From NCBI RefSeq assembly GCF_963921235.1, contig NC_086108.1, forward strand, positions 71,116,001 to 71,180,000: a stretch of 64,000 bases of DNA. The letters run 5' to 3'. The position numbers and the translations under genes are program-made. Origin of the DNA: Mobula hypostoma (Eukaryota). Below the pieces are notes generated by a model. The model saw only the letters and a program-made list of their open reading frames with translations, had not been told where the DNA came from and did no database searches. Below, in pieces: positions 36,406 to 48,940 of the stretch. Position 1 is the stretch's first letter, and every line of letters starts with the position of its first letter.

Positions 36406-38715
36406 GTAGGCACAACCTGTTGTAAGTTGTATTTTTCAAGCTTTTTAACAAAAATATAGTCCTACCCCTTTTTAGTAGTGAAATGTAACTGTGCCACTAG
36501 CATTGTTGTTTTCTTTCTCTGAGCTGTCCAATTTAATAACATTGTCAGATAAAATAGAGAGAAGGCAGGAAGTTTAATATTTATTATAGTAAATAAGCTG
36601 TTTGGAGAACTCAGTATTTTGTTGTATCACTAACCAGTTTTGCATGGTCAAAGTCACTTGGATCACATTTCTGACATTTGGTCTGAACAACAACTGAACC
36701 TCTTGACCATGTCTGCATACTTTTATGCATTGAGTTGCTGCTAAAAGATTGGCTGATTAGATATTTGCATTAACGAGCAGGTGCACAGGTGTATCTAATA
36801 AAGTAGCCACTGAGTGTAAATGACTTTGACTGTGGAAGCTTGTGCCAAATGGGGTGGTATAAGTATCTCAGAAACTGCTGATCTCCTGTGATCTTCAAGC
36901 ACAACGATCTCTGGAGTTTACAGAGAATGGTATAAGAAACAAAAAAAAAATCCAGAGTAGCAATTCTGTGGGTGAAAATGCCTTTTTAATGGGAGGAGAA
37001 TGTATAGACTGGTTCAAGCTGACAGGAAGGCAACAGTAACTCAAATAACCACACATTACAACAGTGGTGTGCAGAAGAACATCTCTGAAAGCACATCACG
37101 TCAAACCTTAAAGTGAATGTGTTATGGCAACAGAAGATCACACCGGATTCCCCTCGTGTACCTAATAAAGTGTCCACCGATGCTGCAGGTGCCCTTCCAA
37201 GGAATTTAAGTGTGAAAGCCATTGCCTGTTATGGAAAAAATTGATAATTTCTGACTTCCAATTTTTCATTTAAGCTGGTAGTTAAGTCAGGCCAGATTTT
37301 TTTCCTTACTTTAAAAAAGAAAATAGGTTCCACCTGCATGGGGATTGCCTCAAATTCATGAAATACAACAGTTTCCCTTGACTTCTAATTAGAAGGCATA
37401 CTCATAGCATCAAAAATAGAATGTGAGTAACTTGTTACATGCCTCCTATGCTTTGTACAGTTCATTGTAAAAGAAAACAGGTCTTTCTATGTAGTTTTTA
37501 ATAAACTCTAATGCATTACTGATCTAGTGCATTACTGAGGCTGTTAATAGAGACACTCATATTTCCCCAAGTTATGATAATATAAAATCATCAGTGATCA
37601 AATCATACATACTGTTTTAAAACAAAAGTTGGTTAATGGAGTTAATCAATGCCATTCTTAGTTCTTTCTAGAAGGTAATGATTAATATCAATGGTTACAC
37701 TGGCAGGCATTGACTAATGTGTCCTTATTTACACAACTGAACTGATTAGAAATTTGGACTTTTTATAGCATTGTCACATTGATGAGTTTAATTTCCCTTT
37801 TTAAGTTGCTAACTATAATGTCATTTCTTTTAAAAAAATTTGATGGCATTTGCTCCAAAGATGGAATTAACTTCTGAATCATAACAAGTTGAGAAAATCA
37901 ACTGATGAAGTGTGGATAACAGCTTCTACCCCGCCACATTCGATGACTGAATCGTCCATAAGCACGACCTTATTACTGTCATTAGCACTATTTAATTTTG
38001 TATTTTATAGTAATTATTATGTCTTTCTCTATACTGCTGCTACAAAACACCAAATTACATGACATGCATCAGTGTTAATAAGCCTGATTCTGACTTTACA
38101 TCAGTTGTTGTCCATTAATTGTATAGTCCCTTTGGTTACCTGAGAGCATGGTGGATGTTAAATTAACAAATTTCCCTTCCTTTATTAACTTGGTGCCTCA
38201 GGGTAGTTTGCTCTAATAAATTAAAAAGTTAGACAGTATCTTCATGAAACATGAGTTTGATTTATTAACCTCTGTTGCAGTATTTGAAAATGATCGCTTT
38301 TTTTGTCTGCCATTCTGATACGAGGCAGCTGGTTTGAACAGTGCTCCTGGATGTTGCCCACATTTCCACACATAATTAAACAATTGTGTATGTCCATGTA
38401 CCGACATGTTGCTCCTTTGCTGTTAGTTGTTTTTTCATATGTCCAATAGTTTCCAAAGGAGTCGCATAGTTGAAACGTGGAAATGTTTGAAAATTGGGTT
38501 GTTGGGCGTTTGACCATGTCATTAAAATGAAAGTCACATGTAAGTTAACTCAAATCAGCTGTTTCTTCAATGTCATCAGAGGTCAATTTTTTTGTCGGTT
38601 TATCTGAAATATGTTGATCTTATCCCGTTTCAGTGAGAGTTTATTGAGTAGCAACAATAGAGGTAATCAGATTTTTAAAGAAAATATATTCCTATAATGT
38701 GAATAAGAATGGCTC

Positions 38716-39472
38716 AAAAGGTTTCAAAGGTATATTTAATGTCAGAGAAATGTATACAATATACATCCTGAAATGCTTTTTCTTCACAACTATCCACAAA
38801 AAACAGAGGAGTGCCCCAAAGAATGAATGACAGGTAAATGTTAGAACCACAAGGTCCCCCACTCCCACGCATAAGTGGCAGCAAGCAATGATCCCCATCA
38901 CCCCACCAGCCAAAAAAAAGCATTGGCACCCGCCACTGAGCACTCAAGTGTGAGCAAAGCAACAGCAAAGACACAGACTTGCAGTGCTCCAAAAACTACT
39001 TGTTCACCCGGTATTCGACATACTCTCTCTCTCCTAATAAGGGAGGAAAGAAGTGTCTCCGTTTAACAGCAAGAGTGGAGACATAAAATTCCGTTGCATT
39101 GCTTTTTCCGAGCTCCGAGCCCAAAGATCTTGGGTCCCTGGGCACACAGCCTTCCATCTTCCACCTACCACGACACACCGATCTCCTGACCAGACACTGA
39201 CCTTCGATCTGCCCGTCTCCAGAGCCATGAGGTCTCGGCCCTCCAAAGGCGAGTGGAGCTCTTAGGCTGCACCCTTGGCGTGCCGAATAACGGCCAGTAG
39301 TGAAACCCCGAGAGCGAGTCCCATTCCCGCAAAGGACTGTAGTCAGCGTGTAACTCCAGGTCAGGGTCTTCAAAAGAACCATGACAGGGAAAAATAGAGA
39401 TATTAAAGATAGAAATAGAGCTGTTTCCAAAGATGCAAGCAGAGGAGTCGGTGTTAGGCACCATTAATCCTC
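38716..39472 (-). mobile_element. About 750-bp non-coding interspersed element with a LINE-like tail
   Basis: Minus-strand tail tctctgacattaaatatacctttgaaaccttttga resembles the Rex1/Babar tails in this window; CpG-rich body; no RT motifs. Confidence 0.5.
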
Positions 39473-40139
39473 TTAAGCTCATGATTCATGATCACATTGC
39501 TAGAAACTTTTGCACAACTTAGAGTGTGAGATTTAGGAGTGACAGTATACTGCAGAATTCTAGGAAATATGGGAAGTACAGCACCTCACTGAAGGTTAAT
39601 GTTGGATGTTAAGGGATTTAATAATTGAAAGTCGATGTATCAGCTACTTGCACTTGTATAACACCTGGTATCAATGGCAACATCAGATATCAGGTGTGAG
39701 ATGGAAAAGGAAGAGAAATGGAAGAAAGGACTGGCTCAAATAATTAAAGCGGCAGCTCTTACGAAGGAGCTTGAAGTTAGGAGTGATCAAGTAAACCATT
39801 CATAAATATTGCCAGTCCCGTTGTAATTGATCAGCTACCTGCCATGTATGATGCTACATTTGGAAGTTGTCCATTTTTTGTTTGGCTGCTTTCAAAATCA
39901 AATAACAAATGTTGTGCTAAAAGCAGACCACCCTTTACTTAAGACATTAAATCTCTCCAATAGTAGCAAATGGCAAGACAATATGAGAAATCATACCATA
40001 TGATTTAGGTCCTAAATTAGATCTTAAAGATCACCTTCTTTGGAAATTCCTTGAGGATGACTTGCTCCACTTTGGTTTTGTTGGTTTTGAGGTGATAGGC
40101 TCATGTGGACAGCCCAGACTCTTCCACAGATCATCCAGG

Positions 40140-42180
40140 AGCACTTACATCCTGCTTTAAGAATATGGTGATCAAATATGCCAACTCCTGCCTGAGAAAC
40201 AACTTGGATCAATTTCAATTTGCCTACCATCACAACAGGTTCACAGCAGAGGCTCCTCACTCAACCTTGGAACACCTGGATAGCAAAATGCATACATCAG
40301 GATGCTCTTTATCGACTACAGCTCCGCATTCAACACTAACATATGCTCAAAACTAATCAATAAGCTTCAAGACCTTGGCCTCAATACCCCCTTGTGCAAT
40401 TAGATCCTCGATTTCCTCACTTGCAGACCCCAGTCAGTTTCGATTAGCAGCAACACTTTCTCCACAGTCTTCGTCAGTACAGGTGCACCAACAAGGCTGT
40501 GTGCTTAGCCCCCTGATCTACTTGCTTTACACTAATGACTGTGATGCTAAGCACAGCTCTAGTGCCGTATTTAAGTTTGCTGATGATAACACTATCATCG
40601 GCCAAATCAAAGGTGATGATGAATCAGCATATAGGAGGGAGATTGAATATCTGGCTGAGTGGTGCCACATCAACAACCTCTCTCTCACAGTCACAAGACC
40701 AAGGAGCTGATTATTGACTTCAAGAAGAGGAAATTGGAGGTCCATGAGCCAGTTCTTGTCAGGGGATCAGAGGTGGAGAGGGTCAGCAACTTCAAATTCC
40801 TCGGTGTTATCATTTCAGAGGATACGGTATCACTGGGCCCAGCACGTAAGCACGGTTATGAAGAAAGCATAGCGTGCTTTTACTTCGGAGTTTATGAATT
40901 TTGGCATGACATCATTATATAAGCAGCATCTATTATCATGGACTCTCTCCACCCAGACCATGCTCTCTTCCTGCTGCTGCCATCAGGAAGATGGTACAGG
41001 AGCCTCAGGAGCCACACCACCAGGTTCAGGAACAGTTATTACCCCTCAACCACCAGGCTCTTGAACTATTGGGAAAGCTTTACTCAACTTCACTCACCTC
41101 ATCACTAAACTGTTCCCACAATCTATAGATTTACTTTCAAGGACACTTCATCTCATGTTCTCAATATTTATGGCTTATTTATTTGTTATTATTGTTTCTT
41201 TTGTAGTTGTACACTTTGTTTTCTTTTGCACATTAGTTGTTTGTCTGTCCTGTTAGGCAGGGGTCCCCAACCTTTTTTGCTCCGTGGACCAGTTTAGTAT
41301 TGACAATATTCTTGCCGACTGGGGTTGGGGGTGGGGGGGTTGGTTAAACTCACTTCAACATGTCTTTTACAGTTAGGGTTGCCAACTTTCTCACTCCCAA
41401 ATAAGGGACAAAAGTAGCAGTCAAATCCCGGGACACTTTACCCCAGGAAAGACTACCATGACCATGAAGCCTTGCATGGGCACCTGTGTGTGCATGCATG
41501 ACTGCGCGTAGCTGTGCGCATGCGCATGTGCGTATGTGCTGATTTTTTTTTCCCACAAATCAGTTTTGCCTTCATCTTTCCGACTACACTGTACATACAT
41601 TATTTCTACTTTATATAGGCTGTGTATTTATCATATCATTCCCGCTTTTACTATATGTTAGTGTTATTTTAGGTTTTATGTGTTATTTGATATGATTTGG
41701 TAGGTTATTTTTTGGGTCTGGGAACGCTCAAAAATTTTTCTCATATAAATTAATGGCAATTGCTTCTTCGCTTTACGCCATTTCAGCACAAAAGGTTTCA
41801 TAGGAACGCTCTACCTTAGCGAGGAAAATACGGGACAAGGGCGGTCCCATATGGGACAAACCAATTTAGCCCAATATACGGGATGTCCCAGCAAATACGG
41901 GACAGTTGGCAACCCTATGTTCAAGTTCAACAGTGCGTGACAGGGAATGAGGAAAGGTGCAGCTGACTCATATCGTCTCCTCGCGGCTCGGTAGCACATG
42001 CTCTGCAGCCTGGTACCGGTCCACGGCCCGGTGGTTGGGGACCGCTGCTTTAGGGGCAGTCTTTCATTGATTCTATTATGTTTCCTGGATTTACTGAGTA
42101 TGCCTGCAAGAAAATGAATCTCAGGGCTGTATATGGCGACATATATGTACTTTGAAAATAAATCTACTTTGAACTTTTGA
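40140..42180 (+). mobile_element. Rex1/Babar-like LINE relic hosting a hAT composite
   Basis: [48 protein letters not shown]; tail aataaatctactttgaacttttga. Confidence 0.82.
41258..42047. mobile_element. Composite hAT-type MITE: outer TIR CAGGGGTCCCCAACC, inner TIR TAGGGTTGCCAACT at 41374-41917
   Basis: Both TIR pairs read directly; imperfect 8-bp TSD ctgttagg / ct-ttagg. Confidence 0.8.
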
Positions 42181-43454
42181 GATGGAGTGGAGGTTGCCTT
42201 ATGGCGGGTGGGTAGATAGATAGATATGTTGCAACGGTTAATGGTTTCTATGGATTTATTATTTTAAAGCAAAGCTATATGGTGTCCATTGTTGGTTCCT
42301 TTACCAAAGCATGCAAACCTTAAAACTTCTATGTGTTCCCAGTGTATAGACTTGAAGTTCTCAATATCATTTTAATGCACCTTCTCCAGTTTGAGTGTCA
42401 CGGTTTAGGGGTCCTTTGGGGTCACTGGGGATGTTACATTTTTTCAAGGAGACCTCTGAGCCATTTTCTTTGTCAGTGGTGATCTTCTCCTGTACCAGAG
42501 CTCAAAGTAGAGAGTCTATTTGGGGATACTTCGTGTCCAGCGTGTGGGTGACATGACATGGTCTCAATGACAATGGTGCAGAACCTGGCCTGGGCCCACC
42601 ATAACTCCTGAGCACTCCAACTGTCCAGCACATCCACTGCCTGTTGTGACAGACTCTAATGAATTGAATAAACTGCTACCTTTCTCTATTTTATTTACAC
42701 CACCTTGCTGTCCTGCTCTTCTGTCAAGCAAGAATCAATCCACATTACCAGCCTAGGGTCTGTGCTCTCTTTTATGTTGCATTCTTTACTGGGCAGTAAC
42801 CTCTCAGTTAATGCCAATGTCTGATGCAGCAAATTACTTCAGTTCTTACATACAATTTTCGGCATTACATGGCCAAATTATTTACTTCTCGGAAAGTCCA
42901 TTTTAACTTATTAAGAAAAACAATCCTTTGTGTTCTGATGTTAAATAAAACTTGTTCATAAAAGAATCAACTGGTAATATAACTATTTCGTCTTTTTCGC
43001 ACTGCACCATTAGGAGGAAAGCTGCAGTGGACTCCAGTGATTTCAGTAAACTGCTGTAGGTGACGCAGAGACTGGTCAAGGGCTCCAATAACTCAAGAAC
43101 CCACTGTGAGGTTAATTATACACTGCAGTAATCACACGCAATTTTTACTCTGCCCCTCTTCAGAGGAACTTGTTCTTTTTGTTCTTGTCCCATTCTTGAC
43201 TGGAAACAGAGAATAAAATGTATTTCCTTCTGGCAGGAAATACGGCTTAAGTTAAGGTCCCATCAAGCACTTGCATTAAAAAAACATAGCACAGAAAGGT
43301 GGTAAGTGAAAAGACGTGGGTGTCAGGGGTGCGGGTGTTTGCCTCAAAGAGATTTGGTTAGGTGAGGGAAGGACTCTCCTACTCTCCAGCAGACTGCATT
43401 CCTGGGGAAGAGGGCTCCTAACCTTTGGGTAGGTTCAATCTCAGATGCAGCCAG

Positions 43455-44075
43455 TCAAGTTTATTCTCAAGAGTACAAGTACAGTGAGGTACAGTACCGT
43501 GAAAAACCGGCTTGCAGCAGGATCACAGGCATGTGGGTAGGGGAGGGAACGTCCACTCAGACCATGAGAGGCCTGTGTCGGGCATTTTCATGCCTTACAA
43601 GGCGCAGATTGGAAGTCTGTGTGGGGCACCACTCCTCGCCCAGACACTAGAGCAACGTGTGGTTAAGTGCCTTGCTCAAGGACACTAAGTACCTTGCTCA
43701 ATGTATGTAGGTAAACACAACACAAACATAAACTATAATTAAATTATATATAAACTTACACCAAACTCTGTGTGTGTGTGTGTGTGTGTGTGTGGGGGGG
43801 GGGTGGTTGGAATTAAAAACAAGACCTTATTCTGTAGTGTTCTATTGCTGTTGTAATTCAAGGCTGTATAGGTAGATTCAAGAACTTGATGGCTGTAGGG
43901 AAGCAACAGTCCATGAACCTGGTGGTGTGGGACCTCCAGCCTCTGTACCTCATGCATTGATGGTAGCAGTGAGAAGAGAGCCTAACCTGAACAGTGAGGA
44001 TTTGTGATGATAGATGCTGCCTTCCTGAAGCAGTGCTTTCTGTAGATACTGTGCCGGTGCGAGAAGTGATGTTGG
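43455..44075 (-). mobile_element. Rex1/Babar-like 3' relic with a nested SINE fragment (about 43555-43690) and (TG)n
   Basis: RYRGWRSHTTRFMDCCFPTAIKFLN; aagtgccttgctcaaggacac SINE core. Confidence 0.6.
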
Positions 44076-45176
44076 AACTTTTATTCTGGTGTCTTTGAAA
44101 CACCACCTATTATTATTATCTTTTAAAAAAACACTGGGACAGCTCGTGAAGAGAAAGCAACGTGTCGTGATTCCAACCTGGATCCATTGAAATTGATACG
44201 TTGCTAGTGAAGAATTTGATTTTCGGTGAGTTCTCCAGAGACCATTCCTCTCTGTCCATCTGTTCCTGAATATTTGTGATTTGTTGATCTGAAATGAACT
44301 GTCAATTTAGAGTGATCTGTTAACGCTGGATTGGATCTGGATCTGAATCAAGTTCTCCAAGCCTGCAGATATCTGGCCAGAGGCTAGAGAGCGGGCAACA
44401 ACCAAAACCAAACGCCGGGCCTCAGCTCAGGGATTTGAGTCTATGTCTGATACAGATTCCAAACACAGTGTAGTTTGCTGCATCTTTTCCTATCTATCAC
44501 AAACCCCTCACCTACCCACCCCACTTCTCCATCACTCCGCTCCCCAGCTCTTCCTTACCTGATATGTCCCAAGGGAGAAGAAGTCAGAACTAAGAGCTGG
44601 TTATCTGGGCAGGGCACACAACATGTTGCTGAACTGCCTTAGTTCCAACACCTCTTGTAAAAGGAATGAAACCGAGCATCTAGTGTAACACAGACAAAGT
44701 GCTGGAGGCACTCAGCACATTAGGCACTGTCTATGGAGGGGAATAAATGGACAATGTTTTGGGACAAGACCCTTCATCAGGACTGGAAAGAAAGGGGGAA
44801 GAAGTCAGATAGCTTCTCCCGAAATCCCTCTCTGATGGCTGGCCATATCATTCACATGCCTGGGACCAGACTCTTGATCAAAATCCTCCATGTATTACTC
44901 TAGATTTCCACCATCTGCGGAATCTCTTGTGCTTACCCTTAAACCTAGTATCTATCCAGAATTTAATGAAATAAATTGTATCTGGTCATGTCTGTTTCCT
45001 GCATCATTATGTGTCTGGAGAAATCAATTTTACAGGTATTCAGTATGTTGTAAAATCATCAGAATTTTAAAAGCTGCATTACATCCTAAATATGAAACGG
45101 AAAGAGATTTATAGTGCAAAGCTGATACCTTTGTTATTTATATGGCTAAATATATATTTTTCTTTTTATAATTTAG

Positions 45177-45307
45177 ATTTTCATAGAGTACTTTGGAGAT
45201 CTTGAACAGGAGAGTATAAAAGACAATTTTATTCTAATCTATGAGCTCCTTGACGAGATTATGGACTTTGGCTACCCGCAGATCACTGAAACCACGATCC
45301 TGCAGGA
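45177..45307 (+). CDS. AP-1 mu1-like exon 4 ([44 protein letters not shown])
   Basis: atttag| acceptor, |gtaggt donor, 131 nt. Diagnostic YELLDE.MDFGYPQ motif. Confidence 0.96.
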
Positions 45308-46199
45308 GTAGGTATACTCTGCACACCTTGAGTACCTTTAGCATTTTCCATGAACTCTCTTCTGAAAAAGAAATATAATGATGGGTAAATTTTTAATTTT
45401 GTATCTAAGTTTTCAAGATATTTGGTAAAAGTATTGAGGAATATAGGTAAAAGGGAGTGATCATACAGATCAGTCATGATTTTATTAAATAGCAGTACAG
45501 GCTTGGGGGCAGGCTATTCATTCACTATGGTGCAGAGGATAAAAACCTGGAGAAAAAAATACAACGCAGATCTATATTGATTCCTCTCTGAAATAACTTG
45601 AATGATTTTTCCTGCCTTCTAAATAGTGTTTTAAAATAATAGCATATTTATTTATTTTGGTGGACTGTAAGTTTTTAAAAATCCATCCATATTTTGTTAA
45701 TTTATCACTAATAGATGTATGCAGGATGATTAGAGGCATAGATCAAGTGGACTACCAGAGACATTTTCCCAAGGCAGAATATAAGTGGCATAGTTCTAAG
45801 GTGATTGGAGAAATATGTAGAGGGATATCAGAGGTAGGTTTTTTACAGAAAGAATGATGGGTGCGTGGGTGGTGGTAGAGATAAATTGGCGGCATTTAAG
45901 AAACTCTTAGACAGGCACATGAGTGACAGTAAAATGGAGAGAAGGGTTAGATTGACCTTAGAGTAATTCAAAAGGTCAGCACAGCGTCGTAGGGCACAGG
46001 GCCTGTTCTATGCTGTTGTGCTCTATCTGCTTCGTCAATTGACTTCACTAATATTGGAGGACAGTACCAATTGTGTAGAACCCTTCCCCAAGTACTTTTT
46101 AATATCTTTCTGAGTCAGAGTGTGCCAGTCATTTACTACACTGAGCCTCCTCCTGATTTTTAATTTATCGTCCTTGTCATTGTATTTCTAATAGAAGTT

Positions 46200-46800
46200 A
46201 CCATATGTTCAACCAATCTCTAAAATATAGTTATCAGGCTTCTGTATGCAGACGACAGTTACGTACGCATAAGCTGGAAACCGAGCCCAGTCATTGTTGG
46301 CCCATTTGAGAAAGAAGATCCATAAAGCAAATGCCCTCTGAATGTACCCACTGCCCCTCAGCAATAAAGGTAATGCAGACCTCACAATGAATGCAAATAT
46401 TGATAATGAAAACTTTCAAGAGATGCCATCAGTAGTGTCTTCTCAGTATTTTCCACATACAATTGGTGAACCATCAGCAGCAACCTCTCCCAAGCCAGCA
46501 GTCTAGCATTGACCTTCTCTGGTGAGCTGACCCACATTATTCATGTGCCTGGGACCAGACCCACAAACCAGACACATTTTTTCCAAGGTGCATCATGGCA
46601 AAAAATTACAGGTGGACAGAGGAAAGGCTTTAAGGAAATTTTGAAAGGCTTCCTAGAAAAAGGGCAATGGCTCCTGCAGATCCCCAGCACATGATGGATT
46701 CAAATGGAGAACAAGCATTCAGGGTGCACTGAGAACTTTGACTCTATTTGGTGGAAGCACACAGATGGCTAGAGTAAATGTCAGAAGGAGGACTTCTCAA
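46200..46800 (+). mobile_element. Degenerate RTE/BovB-like LINE fragment
   Basis: HIIHVPGTRPT..GGQRKGFKEILK resembles the RTE C-terminus (GH..RM...R.PK / GGQRKRF). Confidence 0.5.
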
Positions 46801-47817
46801 ATTACCATTTTTTCCAAAGTAGTCAAGATTATTCCTTTCTTTTCAAAACTGTTCTTTCTCAGATTATTCAAATATGTTGTAGCCTCTAAAATGCATGCCC
46901 ATCTTTCCAGTTGTCCTTGCTGAAATTCTTATATTAGTTCTGCCATGATAACAATAATGAAATGCCTCTAATTAAAGACTGTTAGGTCATCATGTGTGAG
47001 TGTGACAAAGATAAGTCACTCCTTCTTGTGCTGCATGAGTGGTCTGCAGTCTTTGAAGATATCAACCACACCATTCTCATTCAATTCATTTCCACTGTTA
47101 CCCAGTTGGATAGGATTGCAACACCTAATCATAGACATTCACCAGCAATGGTTTCCCTCTTGCATCCATGTTATTATCTCTGGTATTGTCAGAAAATCAT
47201 CCTTGCCCCTCCTTTTTTCCCATCAATGGAAAATAAGAGAACTGTTTCAATGTTTGCTTGTGACGTGCTGTATAAGCAGAAAACTCATTTGTTTAAATAT
47301 TGGGAGAGTCAAAGCATTGTCTATGATCTACATCTCAAACACCACCAGTGAGCCAACATTTCCGTCCCTCTCCCAGAAACAGATAAAGCCATTGACTTCA
47401 TTTTTCCATGTGTTTTCACTGTTATGATCCCATGTTATACCTACCATTTGCATCCAGTGATGGATCTAGCCCAGCTCTTCATACATTCACAATTCGTGAC
47501 AACTTCTGCCTTGCAGAGCCTTCAACCACTTCAGGACCAATCCTGAAATTTCCTACTTAAAATCCTTAGTTATTCTCATCTATGCACATATGAACAAATC
47601 TTATCAAAGCCCATCTCTTCCATCAGACTTCAGGCCTAGTTATCTTAATTCTCTCCATCTATCATTGTCTCATTTTGCTTCTTGTTCTTTTCTATTTTCT
47701 CTGCTTTTCTTCAGGAAATTTAAAGGTCCTAAAATACAAGTGGTTGTTACAGTGTTCGACCGTTATGTTAAAATTTACAAATGCCATCTGTCTTTTTCCA
47801 TTTTCTCAATGACATAG

Positions 47818-47965
47818 ATATATTACACAGGAAGGCTATAAATTGAAGAAAGGGACACCTAGACCGCCGGCTGCTGTAACCAATGCTGTATCCTGGAGAT
47901 CAGAAGGAATCAAATATCGCAAGAATGAATTTTTCATGGATATCATTGAGTCAATTAACCTCCTG
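47818..47965 (+). CDS. AP-1 mu1-like exon 5 (YITQEGYKLKKGTPRPPAAVTNAVSWRSEGIKYRKNEFFMDIIESINLL)
   Basis: catag| acceptor, |gttagt donor, 148 nt. VTNAVSWRSEGIKYRKNE is mu1-specific. Confidence 0.97.
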
Positions 47966-48940
47966 GTTAGTTTTCATTTTGAAGGCTATTGTAGATGTAC
48001 ATATGGTTTAGTTACTTGTGCCTGGCATTGCCAGATTTGCTAATTTTCAGTTGCAAAGAGTAAAGCTATTATGATGTGCCAGGAAGATTATTTATGTTTA
48101 ATGTTCATGTTAAAGCATTATGGCTAATTTATATTTCTACTGCTCAAGCATTTGATTTTTTAAAAAATAATCTTCTGCTGGCAAAAGAAATTCTTAACCA
48201 TTGAATTGCTATTTGAGATTTGTTTGCTATCGTTTAAAATTAAGACCAATTATATATTAATTAAAAATAAGAACAGCAGCTCAGGAGGAGGACAATGAAC
48301 TATAACTCCTGCAGGACATAAAAGCTTCAATAGACATGCTAAATTATGTAGCACACACATCTGTAGGAAATGTCTTCATCTGACATTAATTAAATTCAAG
48401 ATCAGCATTGAGATGAAATCAAACATTGTGGTGGTGGTGGTGGTGATGGGAGGGGAAGGTGTAGTAGCAATTCAGTTTGGAATACATACACTAGAATGAG
48501 GAATACAGTAGAATAGAAGGATGAATACTAACTTTTGCAAGCTCATCCAAAAGTTGCAAATGCTTTATCACCTTGCTAAAAGTCCATGAAGATAACATTT
48601 ATCATCCTGCCCTTATCAAGCTTCTTGGTCATCTCAAAATCAAATACAATTACATTTTTGAAACACCATTTCTCATGCAGAAAACCATGCAATATCTTCA
48701 TAATCTGTCCTTGTCTTTTCAAATGCAGGTATATTGTGTCTCTCATAATCCCCTCCTGTAACTCCACCACCACCCCCCCAGTGGAAGTTCCATAGTTTCA
48801 TAGATTGTTCTAACAACCTTTCTTAAATAAAGGCACACACAGATCAGTCTTCCAGTACCTCAGACTGGCTCAGCAGGATGCAAAAATCAATTTCTTCCCT
48901 TGCTTCCTGCCTATACTTGGCCTACATCACCTTCTTTTAA

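Noticed and set aside
37372..37428. Alternative U12-like branch (ttcccttgac), AG, 30-nt exon and GTGAGT donor as mu1 exon 3
   Set aside because: No homology to mu1; the true 68-nt exon 3 with CCTTAAC is at 36338-36405.
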